A stretch of 64,000 nt of DNA, from the NCBI GenBank assembly GCA_041158505.1, contig JBEBBG010000007.1, positions 27,879-91,878 of the forward strand. Direction: 5' to 3'. The notes beneath the pieces are model-generated. The model was not told where the DNA came from. It saw nothing but the letters and a program-made list of their open reading frames with translations, and ran no database searches. The translations under genes were made by a program, and so were the position numbers. The stretch is from Candidatus Parcubacteria bacterium (GTDB lineage: Bacteria; Patescibacteriota; Minisyncoccia; Phycocordibacterales; JAACPR01). Shown piece by piece: positions 6,889-16,945 of the stretch. Every line of letters starts with the position of its first letter. Position 1 is the first letter of the stretch.

Positions 6889-9180
6889 TTATTTGTTTTC
6901 AACTCTAACTTCAGATTCAACCCGTATCTTGATTGGAACCAGTGCGTCATACTTGTTCACTATTTTTGAGTAGACATCAATGGACTCCTCAGAGCTTTCA
7001 ACGGTCAAAACAACAGCAAACCTGATTTTCCTGTTCTTATATCGAGTACCTCTTTCAAAGGCGTGTATATGAAAGAAAGGGTTGTCTATGTTCTCGATTT
7101 TCTTTCCTAAAGTTCGTGTATCAACGCTGTCCCATTTCAGGTCGGCACGCAATTCGTCTTCTGGAGCATAGGGTGCAGGAGCAGAATCAGGCACGGGAAA
7201 TTCAGACTGTTCCCAACCTGCATCAAGGAGACTTTGTACTTGAGCCGATTCGGTTCTCAAGTCCAGCACCTGCTTGCGTTCACCTTTCTTACTAAAACGA
7301 TATTTCTTTGAATTTGGATACAGGGTCATTACCACTGACGAAGCTGTATAGTCGTCAGGACTTTGCGGGTCAATTGCCGTTGATACAGCAATAGTCCATC
7401 TGAAGTTTACTTTGCCTCGGTCAATTGCATCATCCCAAGGTATCGTAAATTCAGCATATTTTTTTGGAAGCAATTCACCTTTGTATATCAGGGTGTAAGA
7501 ATTGCTTTTACAGGTTACGATTTCATCTACTGTTTCAGCCAAAATACCGTGACCCGTTTCATTGCTATGCTTCTTCTCTTCGGAGTCAGCACTGTGAATG
7601 AGGAGTGCTCTTGCGACAAGGGGGTCAATAGCACCGTCACTGTATCCAACTAACTGTCCTGCATATCCAGCGACAATAGGACTTGCAAAGCTTGTGCCTT
7701 GATTCCAAGCTTTCTCATTCAAGTTATGTGCAACAAGATGGATAGGGTGCTGGTCGCATCCTCCAAACGCCAATAGGTCTGGCTTTAGTTTATTACCCTC
7801 ACGCCCAGGACCTTTACAGCTATAAGGAGCACGAATTATCTTCCCATCTTTCTTTGTGTAAGAACCGATTCCTAGACCATTTGCCATATCTGAGGGGGCT
7901 TGTATTCTTCCAGCTGAACCACTGAGATGTCCGTCATTTCCTACAGCTACCGTAAAGAGCACATTCAATTTCGCACTGAGTAAATCGCAGGCAAAAGTGA
8001 ATCGTGAAATCAAATCATCTACAATCGGTCCCTTTGGACCAAGGCTGAGGTTCCAAACTTTTATATGCGGATTGAGAGGGACTGTCTCTTCAATCTCATC
8101 AATGATTTCGTATAGGTCTGGGTCGGAGGTATTTTGAACAGGAAGTACACGGAAGCTTTTGACACTAACCTTTGGAGTAGGGAGAGTATCGCTTGCCGAA
8201 TAATTATTTATTGCACCAAAAAGAACTGCTCCTGAAACTTGAGTTCCGTGATTTATGAATGCATCCGCTGATGCTTCTGTTGTCAGGTCTTCATTCTCAA
8301 CAAAACCTTGTAGGTATGGACTATCTTCTTTCACACCACCATCGAAGATTCCCACTACAACATCAGCCTTTTCTCCTGATGCAGGCGTTGGTCCACCACT
8401 AATAGAGCCTCCTCGGCTTACAGTCGGCAAATCACGCAAATCCATCGTATGGAGCGTTCTTAGTGGGTTGTATTCCGCAACAGTAGCAACAGTCTTCTTG
8501 GTCCCATACAAGCTCACAAAGGTGATGCCAGATTCGTATTGTTTATAACGAACTCTTCCCAAATCTACTCCTGACTTCTTTAGAAGCTCAAGAAAGTTAT
8601 TGAGTGCTTCTTCTTTGTCTTTTTCAAAAGGATGCAGAACTGCTTCTAGTCGCCCCTCGGTCCAATCACTTGGAATCCCTAGAATTTGTTCTTCAGATTC
8701 AAGCGTATCCACTGATTTGATTGTTCTAACATCATACGCAAAGCCTTTTGTTACAAAGGCTTCTTCCTGGCTGATTTTTTGTTCAAGCTCATTCAAGCCA
8801 CGCTCAGTTGTTCTGACGAAAAACAATTTACCAGTTTCTTCAATACCGTCTTCCTCAGGAGAATTTTCACGCCAGATTCTTGAACCGATTTCTTCTACCT
8901 CACCATTTCTAGAAACCGCAGAGAAAAGGTCTCCAGGATAGTAACTTTTTGCTGAAAATTCAGGATGCATTCTCACACAAACAACGAATTCGTGTGGGAG
9001 CTTTTTATCCGCAGGGATAGTACTGAGCTTCTCTCGGGTCTGGGTGATGTCTGACAAAATTTTTGTTCTTGCCACATCATAGGAAAGAGCAGGCTCCTTT
9101 GAAGAGCCTCCGACTCTTTTCGTGATTGGTTTTGTATATATTTCTCCTTTGTAGAGAATTGGTCGGCGGTTATTTTCCAT
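6889..9180 (-). CDS. ietS: S8 subtilase, IetS-type
   Basis: Catalytic D (GIFDGG), H (HGTQV), N (VGNDG), S (GTSFASP); directly downstream of an AAA ATPase. Confidence 0.85.
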   Translation of the reverse strand: MENNRRPILYKGEIYTKPITKRVGGSSKEPALSYDVARTKILSDITQTREKLSTIPADKKLPHEFVVCVRMHPEFSAKSYYPGDLFSAVSRNGEVEEIGSRIWRENSPEEDGIEETGKLFFVRTTERGLNELEQKISQEEAFVTKGFAYDVRTIKSVDTLESEEQILGIPSDWTEGRLEAVLHPFEKDKEEALNNFLELLKKSGVDLGRVRYKQYESGITFVSLYGTKKTVATVAEYNPLRTLHTMDLRDLPTVSRGGSISGGPTPASGEKADVVVGIFDGGVKEDSPYLQGFVENEDLTTEASADAFINHGTQVSGAVLFGAINNYSASDTLPTPKVSVKSFRVLPVQNTSDPDLYEIIDEIEETVPLNPHIKVWNLSLGPKGPIVDDLISRFTFACDLLSAKLNVLFTVAVGNDGHLSGSAGRIQAPSDMANGLGIGSYTKKDGKIIRAPYSCKGPGREGNKLKPDLLAFGGCDQHPIHLVAHNLNEKAWNQGTSFASPIVAGYAGQLVGYSDGAIDPLVARALLIHSADSEEKKHSNETGHGILAETVDEIVTCKSNSYTLIYKGELLPKKYAEFTIPWDDAIDRGKVNFRWTIAVSTAIDPQSPDDYTASSVVMTLYPNSKKYRFSKKGERKQVLDLRTESAQVQSLLDAGWEQSEFPVPDSAPAPYAPEDELRADLKWDSVDTRTLGKKIENIDNPFFHIHAFERGTRYKNRKIRFAVVLTVESSEESIDVYSKIVNKYDALVPIKIRVESEVRVENK

Positions 9181-9181
9181 A

Positions 9182-10303
9182 TTATTCTTGTTTAGCTATA
9201 TGGTACTGAACTCCACCTGGACTGAATCCTGTGATTTCGGCTAACTCTCTTACAGTGATTTCATTTCCCAACATCTGTTTAGCTAGTATGCAAAATTTTC
9301 CTTTGGTGTCTTTATCGTTTGTATATGCTTCTACGGCGTGAAGAATTGCCTTTGGCATATCCTCATCTTTCAAGACAACTCTACGCTTGATATTTTCAGC
9401 CAAACGACATAGGTCAGCAGGGCTTCTATTCACCAGTAACTCCGCTACTGCGGGCATAAAAGCTTCGTCTTTCTTGGACAAAAATTCTCCTAACTCGTTT
9501 TTTAGAATCTGAATTCTCTCATTCTGCTCTGGTAGACCTAGCTCAAGAACGTGGTCAAAACGTCTCCATATTGCTCGGTCCAAGAGTTCAGGGTGATTGC
9601 TTGTAGCAATAACTACCGATGAGACTGGCCACGATTCAAGCTCCATAAGCAAAACGTTCACAACTCTTTTGATTTCTCCCAAGTCAGTGGAGTCATCTCG
9701 TCTTTTAGCAATTGCATCAAACTCATCCAGCAAAAGAACAGCTGAACTTTGTCGGGCATATTCCAAAACTTTCTTTAGGTTTTGCCCCGTCTTTCCCAAT
9801 AGGCTTGAAATACTTGTAGACAAATCTAAAACTATCAAATTCTTATTCAAAGCTGATGCTATGTATCGAGCAAGCATCGTCTTGCCTGTACCAGGTAGTC
9901 CTGTGAGCAGGAGTCCTGTGGAAGGCTTGATACCTTTATCGAGCAAGTGAGATATTTTTTCTCTCTCGTGCAAAAAACTATCAACAACCTCTTTCAAAAC
10001 TGGGCTTAGAATTGGAAAGGTGTTGCGTTCAGTATCTGGAGGGAAAATAGTTGCCATCTCCAGTCGACTATCTGAATCAGTGGGGATAGGAGTGTTCACA
10101 CCTCGTGTGAAAGATGGGTTGAGAGAGTGGGAGCTTAGTGTAAAAATTATTTTCTTTGCCAACTCAGGCTCAGAAGCTTTTATCAATCGAGATAGATTGA
10201 GTGCATATGCTTCTACTTCGTCATTCTTCTTTTTCAGACCTGAAATAATCAGGTCAATCAGAGTCTTATCGTATGCTGAAACTTTAGTTGTTTTTTTGGT
10301 CAT
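9182..10303 (-). CDS. ietA: AAA+ ATPase, IetA-type
   Basis: Walker A GLPGTGKT, Walker B LLLDEFD, LDRAIWRRFD. Confidence 0.85.
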   Translation of the reverse strand: MTKKTTKVSAYDKTLIDLIISGLKKKNDEVEAYALNLSRLIKASEPELAKKIIFTLSSHSLNPSFTRGVNTPIPTDSDSRLEMATIFPPDTERNTFPILSPVLKEVVDSFLHEREKISHLLDKGIKPSTGLLLTGLPGTGKTMLARYIASALNKNLIVLDLSTSISSLLGKTGQNLKKVLEYARQSSAVLLLDEFDAIAKRRDDSTDLGEIKRVVNVLLMELESWPVSSVVIATSNHPELLDRAIWRRFDHVLELGLPEQNERIQILKNELGEFLSKKDEAFMPAVAELLVNRSPADLCRLAENIKRRVVLKDEDMPKAILHAVEAYTNDKDTKGKFCILAKQMLGNEITVRELAEITGFSPGGVQYHIAKQE

Positions 10304-10522
10304 ATGTAAATTCACTAAACAAAACTACATAAATACCCTTATATACATACGATATCTTTGTTTAGTAAATTCATTATATTATCTATAACTAAACAAGTAC
10401 AGTATTTTCTGTGGAAAAGTGCACGCTATACCAGTAATTCTTGCATCTGTCCTAATGCAATATTTGGAAACGGATATTCCTCTGCCCAATTCACGGTTCG
10501 TAAATCGTCTACAAGAGCGAGC

Positions 10523-11149
10523 ATGCAAATATTAATAGAGCCAATTATAAACGATAAGATCCAACAGGACATAGTACAAGGTGAAAAATTTTTCCTGAGC
10601 TTGCGCGTGACAAATAAAACAATTACTCCTAGTGAAAATTTTACAATTGAATCAATGGTCTTGTTTTATAAACAGTCGGATATTGTAGACGATTGTGAAA
10701 ATAAAAGTTATTTTATAAGAAAATTAAACCCTGATGAATCTTTAACATTAGAAATAGGGTATTTTGTCGCAATTGTACATGGATTAATCAGTTTAAAAAT
10801 AAATGCTCGGTCAGAAAATAATACTCCAATAAGCTTTTTACAATCCCAGCATAAAATTGGAACTAAGCAAATAATCAACAATCCTAACGAATGGATTGAT
10901 TTTCTGTGGGTAGAAAGTAAGAGTGAGAACAATCAGAAAAAAACTAATATTATTACTTTGTGGTTGAACATATTATTGCTTTTTATTGCATCCATTCAAA
11001 TACAGGAAAAGATTAATATTCAAGATTTCTTTAAAAACGTAATCTTTAAATCTAATACATACAAAGAATCAGATTTTCTAGTATTAATTTTAAGTATATT
11101 GATTTCATTAAGTGCTTTAATTTTCTTTAAAAAGAAAGATAGATTCTAA
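10523..11149 (+). CDS. hypothetical protein with two C-terminal TM segments
   Basis: AT-rich ORF; ATG at 10523 chosen as the likely start. Confidence 0.6.
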   Translation: MQILIEPIINDKIQQDIVQGEKFFLSLRVTNKTITPSENFTIESMVLFYKQSDIVDDCENKSYFIRKLNPDESLTLEIGYFVAIVHGLISLKINARSENNTPISFLQSQHKIGTKQIINNPNEWIDFLWVESKSENNQKKTNIITLWLNILLLFIASIQIQEKINIQDFFKNVIFKSNTYKESDFLVLILSILISLSALIFFKKKDRF

Positions 11150-11176
11150 AAATAAGCCAAATATAACAACCCACTG

Positions 11177-11208
11177 CACTGGTTCGAGCCAAACGCAGTC
11201 CGCGGAGC
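11177..11208. repeat. att-like repeat R1
   Basis: cactggttcgagccaaacgcagtccgcggagc. Confidence 0.9.
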
Positions 11209-11271
11209 ATCTGAAAAATACCTTTTAATCAATAACGAGTAGAATTTCAAAGCTTTTGCTATACTGCCGAT

Positions 11272-11982
11272 ATGAAATTCGATAAAACTAAACTAGAGGA
11301 GTATCTCAAAGCATTCTTTCAAGAATACGAAGTAAACGGTCTGCTTTCTGTGTACCTGTGGGGTTCAATCACTACAGGCGAATTTGCTATTGAGACAAGT
11401 GATATAGACATTATCGCAATAGTTAGACCAGAGCATTCAATTGACCAATCTGCTATCAAAGAAAAACTTAATGCATGTTTTGATGATTTCAAACATTTCG
11501 GATTTAACGTAATCAGAGAAGATGAACTAACAGAAGGAGTCGGGAAAGAAAGTTCAATTACCACGGTGATACATCCACGGATACTTCTTGCTGATATGCG
11601 AGATTGGAAGCACGTGTTTGGAAATAACTACTCAATTAGCAGCTTTACGACGAACCCTCCACTGCCAGATGAATTAATCGGTTTGGAAATAAAGAAAATA
11701 ATCAGAGACGGTTGGAACGATTCAGCAAATGTGGGAGACAATTTTGTACAATATCATCTCAAGGGAATTATGCGAATCATTTACTATACTCAACTCAAGC
11801 GTCATGAACACTTCCCTTTTTCTTACACAAACATAAGACAGAAAGCCAACAAAGAAGAAGCCAATCTAATTGACTTTTTTTATGAGAACAAAGAAAAGGG
11901 ATACAGTAAACAACACCTCTTAGAGAATAAGTTTTTAGTAGACTCCTATATAAAGAAAATGATAGAGGAGTTTACAAAATAG
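11272..11982 (+). CDS. Pol-beta-superfamily nucleotidyltransferase (cassette gene)
   Basis: VYLWGS...SDIDII motif. Confidence 0.8.
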   Translation: MKFDKTKLEEYLKAFFQEYEVNGLLSVYLWGSITTGEFAIETSDIDIIAIVRPEHSIDQSAIKEKLNACFDDFKHFGFNVIREDELTEGVGKESSITTVIHPRILLADMRDWKHVFGNNYSISSFTTNPPLPDELIGLEIKKIIRDGWNDSANVGDNFVQYHLKGIMRIIYYTQLKRHEHFPFSYTNIRQKANKEEANLIDFFYENKEKGYSKQHLLENKFLVDSYIKKMIEEFTK

Positions 11983-11994
11983 TCACAAACTCAA

Positions 11995-12026
11995 CACTGG
12001 TTCGAACTAAACCAAGTCCGCGGAGC
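11995..12026. repeat. att-like repeat R2
   Basis: cactggttcgaactaaaccaagtccgcggagc, followed by TTGACA at 12031. Confidence 0.9.
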
Positions 12027-12094
12027 GCGGTTGACAAAGTAAAAATCTAGTGATAATTTCCAAACGGTCTTAGTTCAACAAAAACCAAACGTCA

Positions 12095-12430
12095 ATGACA
12101 GGAATCAGAAAACCATCGGACGGAATCGTCGCGCTTACCTGTGAACCCGATGCATCCCCCGTTGCACAGCTAGCCGATACAGCAGAAGCCACTGCTTGGA
12201 CCGAAGAGGTGCTCGCGGCAATTACAAAGGAGCTCACAGATCCACGTAATGCCTACCGCGCACCAGAACATCCCCTGCGAGCTTACCTGGATTCACTCAA
12301 GCTGCTGTTGGAGAAACTTCAGACGAGGCAGCCCGTCGAGCTCTGGGAAGTGCATCGGGAGTTAGCAAGGGCAAACTCTCAGTTTCACGACGACAGTTTT
12401 ACCGAAGCGTGCACGCTGCTGTTCGGATAA
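12095..12430 (+). CDS. hypothetical protein (cassette gene)
   Basis: 111-aa ORF between a promoter-like site and a hairpin/T-tract. Confidence 0.7.
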   Translation: MTGIRKPSDGIVALTCEPDASPVAQLADTAEATAWTEEVLAAITKELTDPRNAYRAPEHPLRAYLDSLKLLLEKLQTRQPVELWEVHRELARANSQFHDDSFTEACTLLFG

Positions 12431-12501
12431 ATTCACAGCCGCCCAACATGCTACCCCTACTTATCAAGCAAGGGGTACGCTTTTTCTTTTCTACCCCACC
12501 A

Positions 12502-12533
12502 CACTGGTTCGAGCTAGCTCAAGTCCGCTGAGC
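12502..12533. repeat. att-like repeat R3
   Basis: cactggttcgagctagctcaagtccgctgagc. Confidence 0.9.
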
Positions 12534-12674
12534 TCTTGTAAATAAAAAATATAATTTAGTCTCTACATACTATAGTTCTTGATACTCACCTATTTTTGTT
12601 TAGTTTTCCACATACACAAATGGACCCATGATTAATGAGGCCATTTATGTATAAAACTACTTATACAAGTTATA

Positions 12675-13052
12675 CTATTGAACAAGCATAACGCCGCTAT
12701 GTACGCCTAAGTTGTAGGCTGTTCTAAGTGCTTCGGCTAGTGAGTTGGCCATAACACTGGTGCGTTGACCTGAAGTGTTTATAAACTCATACACGTGCGC
12801 CCCTTGTCCCATCGAAACTTGGCCACCAGCAATAGAAGTATCACCTCTCACAAGCATAACGCCACTATGTACGCCTAAGTTGTAGGCTGTTCTAAGTGCT
12901 TCAGCTGATGAATTAGCAACAACACTAGTGCGTTGATTTGAACTGTTTATGAACTCATACGTAGAAGCTTCCGCAAAATTTGCAGATCCTAGAGTTAGCA
13001 TAAGCGCACCTAACATAAACAATCCCGATGCAACATTTGTTTTTTTATTCAT
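12675..13052 (-). CDS. secreted protein with two 37-aa internal repeats
   Basis: Signal peptide; YEFIN.S.QRTSV.ANS.AEALRTAYNLGVHSGVMLV occurs twice. Confidence 0.8.
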   Translation of the reverse strand: MNKKTNVASGLFMLGALMLTLGSANFAEASTYEFINSSNQRTSVVANSSAEALRTAYNLGVHSGVMLVRGDTSIAGGQVSMGQGAHVYEFINTSGQRTSVMANSLAEALRTAYNLGVHSGVMLVQ

Positions 13053-13533
13053 CTTTTTTTATTATTATTTTTTAATAAGCAAAGATATCTACTACATTTT
13101 TTGATAAAATATCAAAATGCATAGTCTTCAATATTTGAGAGTTACAGATAGTTTTTATAAATAACTGTAATAGACAAAATAGATTTTCAACCACTAATCT
13201 ATATTTTCGATAGATGCTCTTGCTACATATAAAAGTGTATACAATATATTGACAAAAAGCAAGTTTAATTGCATTATGACACACAAATACCAACCATACT
13301 AATCTCACCCTTTCTATTTACCCTCTTCCAATTCAAAGTTCTGTTTTTATTTCTCCTCTCCCGAACTAGTTCAAACGGAAGTAGACTCATTAGCACGCGT
13401 GGGTCTTTTTCTTTCTTGTTGAACGATACGAGTACACACTCAGCGCGGCATACACCCATCCTTGACTTCCCCACCTTTTAAAACTAATGTCGTTTAAGAT
13501 CCTAGACACACCACACAACCCACTTACAGAATC

Positions 13534-13800
13534 ATGAGTGATACCGTTACACGCATTGGTGACATGAACGCAATCCGCTGGCTTCTCGTCATGCGCCAAA
13601 GTGATGGCGACATTATTGTTCGGATTGTACAAGAGGGCGAAGTCGTCGGAGGAGAAGACTATGGCAATCCAATGGTTCCTTCTGCGGAAGTCGAATTCTG
13701 CCTTAGTGGCGGCAGGAGCAAGCACACTCGTGTAGCACTGCTTGCCTTAATGGAAGCAATGGAGCGAGATAACCAAGAACGCCCCATACCCTACGACTGA
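13534..13800 (+). CDS. hypothetical protein (cassette gene)
   Basis: 88-aa ORF followed by a hairpin, T-tract and R4. Confidence 0.7.
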   Translation: MSDTVTRIGDMNAIRWLLVMRQSDGDIIVRIVQEGEVVGGEDYGNPMVPSAEVEFCLSGGRSKHTRVALLALMEAMERDNQERPIPYD

Positions 13801-13874
13801 ACCGCGAGAAGCAGCCCAAATACTCACACAGCCTCTGAACCCCAAACGTCAGAGGTGTTTTCTTTTCTACCCCA

Positions 13875-13906
13875 CACTGGTTCGAGCGAGTTGCAGTCCG
13901 CGGAGC
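13875..13906. repeat. att-like repeat R4
   Basis: cactggttcgagcgagttgcagtccgcggagc, TTGACA at 13910. Confidence 0.9.
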
Positions 13907-13978
13907 ACTTTGACAATTTCTTAATTTAGTTTTAAAGTTTTTTCTAGACAAAAAATAACATCAACCTGAAAGGAGGCA

Positions 13979-14356
13979 TTGATGCCAGAAGATATTTACG
14001 ATTTAGAGGGTGAGGCAAGCTCCTTTGGAGATTACATTAACGCTTGGTACTTGCCAATTAGCAACCTTATGTCACGGCGAAAACAATGGGATGAAGCAAC
14101 CCTATTCAACTGGATAGAAGCTCATCCCATACAATCATTCACCTTGAGGTACGGGGGTGGCAAAAGTTCTTCAATGGAATGGTGTTTCACCAAATACCCC
14201 ACTCGAGTAGCTCGCCTAGATAGACTCTCCGAACTAGCCAACTCGTGCAAGGACATCACGGAGTTTAAGCGTATCTGCAATGAACTTTTTCGATTGGTGA
14301 ATGGTAGAGTTGCGTTTCCTGGAGAATTGTACAACCCCGACCTACTTGAATTGTGA
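13979..14356 (+). CDS. hypothetical protein (cassette gene)
   Basis: 125-aa ORF preceded by AAAGGAGG. Confidence 0.7.
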   Translation: MMPEDIYDLEGEASSFGDYINAWYLPISNLMSRRKQWDEATLFNWIEAHPIQSFTLRYGGGKSSSMEWCFTKYPTRVARLDRLSELANSCKDITEFKRICNELFRLVNGRVAFPGELYNPDLLEL

Positions 14357-14418
14357 AACAAGCCTCGCGAAGCTTCGACTTCGGTTGGGACTTTCGTGTT
14401 TTTCTTTCTACCCCACCA

Positions 14419-14450
14419 CACTGGTTCGGACTAGCTCAAGTCCGCGGAGC
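14419..14450. repeat. att-like repeat R5
   Basis: cactggttcggactagctcaagtccgcggagc. Confidence 0.9.
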
Positions 14451-14503
14451 CCTGACTTAAATCTTATCTTTCAATTGTATTCGGAACTGCTAAGATTAAT
14501 TAC

Positions 14504-15112
14504 ATGAAAATCATTTTGACCATAATTACAGTGCTATGCATTTGTGCTGCTTCTATTTTATATTTTTCACCGAAAACAGAGACTGAAACAACAATGAGTA
14601 CTTGGAAAACGTACACAAATACATTTTATGGTTTTACCCTTAAGTATCCTCGTGACATGTTTGTACTAGGGTGGCCCCTCGATTTTGAAATACACCAACC
14701 CTTACCAACTGAAAATGGTTACAATAATCAAATATTTATTACTCCATCAAGAACGATAAGCGATGTAGATCGTGATTACATGGCAATTCGTTTTGCCGAA
14801 GATGTGCGCAATGATACCCGCTCAATTCAGCAGCATTTCAAAGAAGATGCCCGATTCGTGACACACAATGTAGAAGATATAAGAACAATTAACGGTGTTG
14901 ATTTTATTTTTATAAGAACTGAACAAGGTGATTCAATCGCATATTTCAAAGTAAATGGCTACATTTTAAGCGCTGAGATGGACAAAAATTTCCCCAGCCA
15001 GGAACTGTTCATGGAAATCCTAGACACATTTGAAGTTGTGCCCAAAACTAAGCAAGAGATAGATTCTAATGTTTTTCCAAAAGGACCACCTAAAATTGAT
15101 GGCAGCATTTAG
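14504..15112 (+). CDS. membrane-anchored PsbP-like surface protein (cassette gene)
   Basis: N-terminal TM segment then WKTYTNTFYGFTLKYP. Confidence 0.7.
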   Translation: MKIILTIITVLCICAASILYFSPKTETETTMSTWKTYTNTFYGFTLKYPRDMFVLGWPLDFEIHQPLPTENGYNNQIFITPSRTISDVDRDYMAIRFAEDVRNDTRSIQQHFKEDARFVTHNVEDIRTINGVDFIFIRTEQGDSIAYFKVNGYILSAEMDKNFPSQELFMEILDTFEVVPKTKQEIDSNVFPKGPPKIDGSI

Positions 15113-15158
15113 AATTGACTCAATATTCTAGCTTGGTCAACATTTTAATACCCCACCG

Positions 15159-15190
15159 CACTGGTTCGAGCGAGCGTCAGTCCGCAAAGC
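15159..15190. repeat. att-like repeat R6
   Basis: cactggttcgagcgagcgtcagtccgcaaagc, TTGACA at 15197. Confidence 0.9.
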
Positions 15191-15253
15191 TACCATTTGA
15201 CATATTATATTAAATATGTTTTTATTTTGTAAATTCAACAGAAGGAGTAACAA

Positions 15254-15640
15254 TTGAAAAGAAAGAAGAAAACAAAAGGAGTTTTGGGAGACCAAGGAGT
15301 AAAGATCAAGCAGCCAGTGCCAACAACAACCATTTCTCAAGAGGGGATTGCCTCCAGAAAACCACTGAGAAGATTTGGTATCAACTTCAGGCACAGAGGA
15401 CACTACTTCTGGTTTCTGGTTTCGACAACAATCTTGCTTGCAAGCGTTGTCGCCAGTGGTGTCGGCGGTAATCCAGTTTGGATTTCCATGGCTGGACTCT
15501 TTTTCCTCCAATCTAGCCTGGCGGCTGTTTTCGATACCAGAATGGGCACACGGGAGACCAGGTTATTCTCGGTTGACTGCATATGGTTCAACGGCCTGAT
15601 GGGAGGGATTTGCATCTTTATCACGAAAATATTCTTTTAA
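15254..15640 (+). CDS. hypothetical membrane protein (cassette gene)
   Basis: AGGAG before a TTG start; about 3 hydrophobic segments. Confidence 0.65.
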   Translation: MKRKKKTKGVLGDQGVKIKQPVPTTTISQEGIASRKPLRRFGINFRHRGHYFWFLVSTTILLASVVASGVGGNPVWISMAGLFFLQSSLAAVFDTRMGTRETRLFSVDCIWFNGLMGGICIFITKIFF

Positions 15641-15730
15641 TGATTTGCCGATTTTTCAAGATAAATCGGAAGAGGCCCCTGATTACGTTACGTAATTCAC
15701 GGGGCTTTCGTGTTTTTCTTTTCTACCCCA

Positions 15731-15762
15731 CACTGGTTCGAGCGAGCGTCAGTCCGCGGAGC
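15731..15762. repeat. att-like repeat R7
   Basis: cactggttcgagcgagcgtcagtccgcggagc. Confidence 0.9.
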
Positions 15763-15767
15763 AAATA

Positions 15768-15796
15768 TTGACTTAATCAAAAATAAGTGCTATAAA
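15768..15796 (+). promoter_or_regulatory. sigma70-type promoter directly after R7
   Basis: TTGACT-N17-TATAAA with extended TG. Confidence 0.65.
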
Positions 15797-15835
15797 AAAT
15801 ACAACTGTTTTTTCCAATTCAACCCCCTTTTAACA

Positions 15836-16393
15836 ATGAAAACATTTCTGGTAACAGACAGGTTCTCTGAGTACCTACAGGGGGTCAAAGACCTCCAAGC
15901 AAGAAACCACAAGGACGTCGTCGGGACGAGCGAGCGAGGATTCCTAACCTGCCAGTTTTCAGTTGAAGAAATCGGCCGATTTGCTAGCGAAGCTGGCATT
16001 ATCGTCGTGACAGACGATAATGGGAGTCGAGTTCTCGGCTACAACATCCTCCTGACCATCGAGCGGACTCTCACCTACCCTGCGTACAGAGGTTTGGTGC
16101 ATGCTTACCAAGAGCTGCGTCCTGAATGCGATTTGTCAAAGGTGCTGTTGGCACGACAGTACTGCGTTGACGAAAGTGCAAGAGGTGGCCCTGCGGTGAA
16201 GTCTCTATACGACGTCATGCGGTCAAAGGTGTGCATTCCTCACGGGTACACATACTCAATCGGTGAAATCGATGAGCGCAACCGCATCAGCATGGTGGCA
16301 GCAAGAAGACTCCTGGGTTACACATTTATCGGCTCTTACCAGTCCGATGGAATAACCTGGAACATCGGAGAACGTCTTGAAATCCCTGCTTGA
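15836..16393 (+). CDS. GNAT-family acetyltransferase-like protein (cassette gene)
   Basis: QYCVDESARGG...N.IS..A...LGY GNAT pattern. Confidence 0.7.
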   Translation: MKTFLVTDRFSEYLQGVKDLQARNHKDVVGTSERGFLTCQFSVEEIGRFASEAGIIVVTDDNGSRVLGYNILLTIERTLTYPAYRGLVHAYQELRPECDLSKVLLARQYCVDESARGGPAVKSLYDVMRSKVCIPHGYTYSIGEIDERNRISMVAARRLLGYTFIGSYQSDGITWNIGERLEIPA

Positions 16394-16469
16394 TGTCGAC
16401 GACAGTTTCAACCCCGCCCAGTAGCGCAAGCGAACGGCGGGGTTCATCTTTTTTATTTCTACCTCATCA

Positions 16470-16501
16470 CACAGGTTCGAACCAACCCAAGTCCACAGAT
16501 C
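16470..16501. repeat. att-like repeat R8 (diverged)
   Basis: cacaggttcgaaccaacccaagtccacagatc, followed by TTGACT. Confidence 0.8.
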
Positions 16502-16544
16502 AAAATTGACTAAAATATAAAATATCTATAGCGTGTGATGGAGC

Positions 16545-16877
16545 ATGAAAGAACCTCTACCAGACATAACCCTGGAGGTGTGGCGAGACAAGGAACTCAT
16601 GTACCATTGCCGTACACACTTCAACAAAATTAAGCAGACTCAAAACCCTGCTCCCGTCCCCACCATTGACCAGTTGTTGACACTCATTACCAGCGTAATC
16701 AACTCAACTGACTCGATGATTATGCCAATACCAGAAACTGCTATCGATGAAAGATTTAAGCCTGTTGATGTTCAGGTTATAAACCAAAGAGAGCATCCAT
16801 TGGAAAGCGGGGACTTGGAAGCAGTAAAGGAGTGCGTCTTGCAATCCGAAGCAAATTGGTTTGATGAGAGTTTGTAA
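16545..16877 (+). CDS. hypothetical protein (cassette gene)
   Basis: 110-aa ORF between R8 and R9. Confidence 0.65.
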   Translation: MKEPLPDITLEVWRDKELMYHCRTHFNKIKQTQNPAPVPTIDQLLTLITSVINSTDSMIMPIPETAIDERFKPVDVQVINQREHPLESGDLEAVKECVLQSEANWFDESL

Positions 16878-16945
16878 TATTTTAAACTAAACCCTTGTAG
16901 CCGCGTCGACTTTCCACAGTTGCGTGGTTTTTCTTTTCTATTCCA

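Larger units (their letters stand above)
3689..11208. mobile_element. core integrative element at the tRNA-Asn 3' end (recombinase, C4-like RNA, TerS-like gene, ietAS, one cargo gene)
   Basis: Bounded by GGAGCAT at the tRNA end and at the first repeat; visibly more AT-rich than the backbone. Confidence 0.75.

Noticed and set aside
12682-12960. Direct repeat as a DGR template/variable pair
   Set aside because: Both copies lie within one ORF, differences are not restricted to adenines, and there is no reverse transcriptase.
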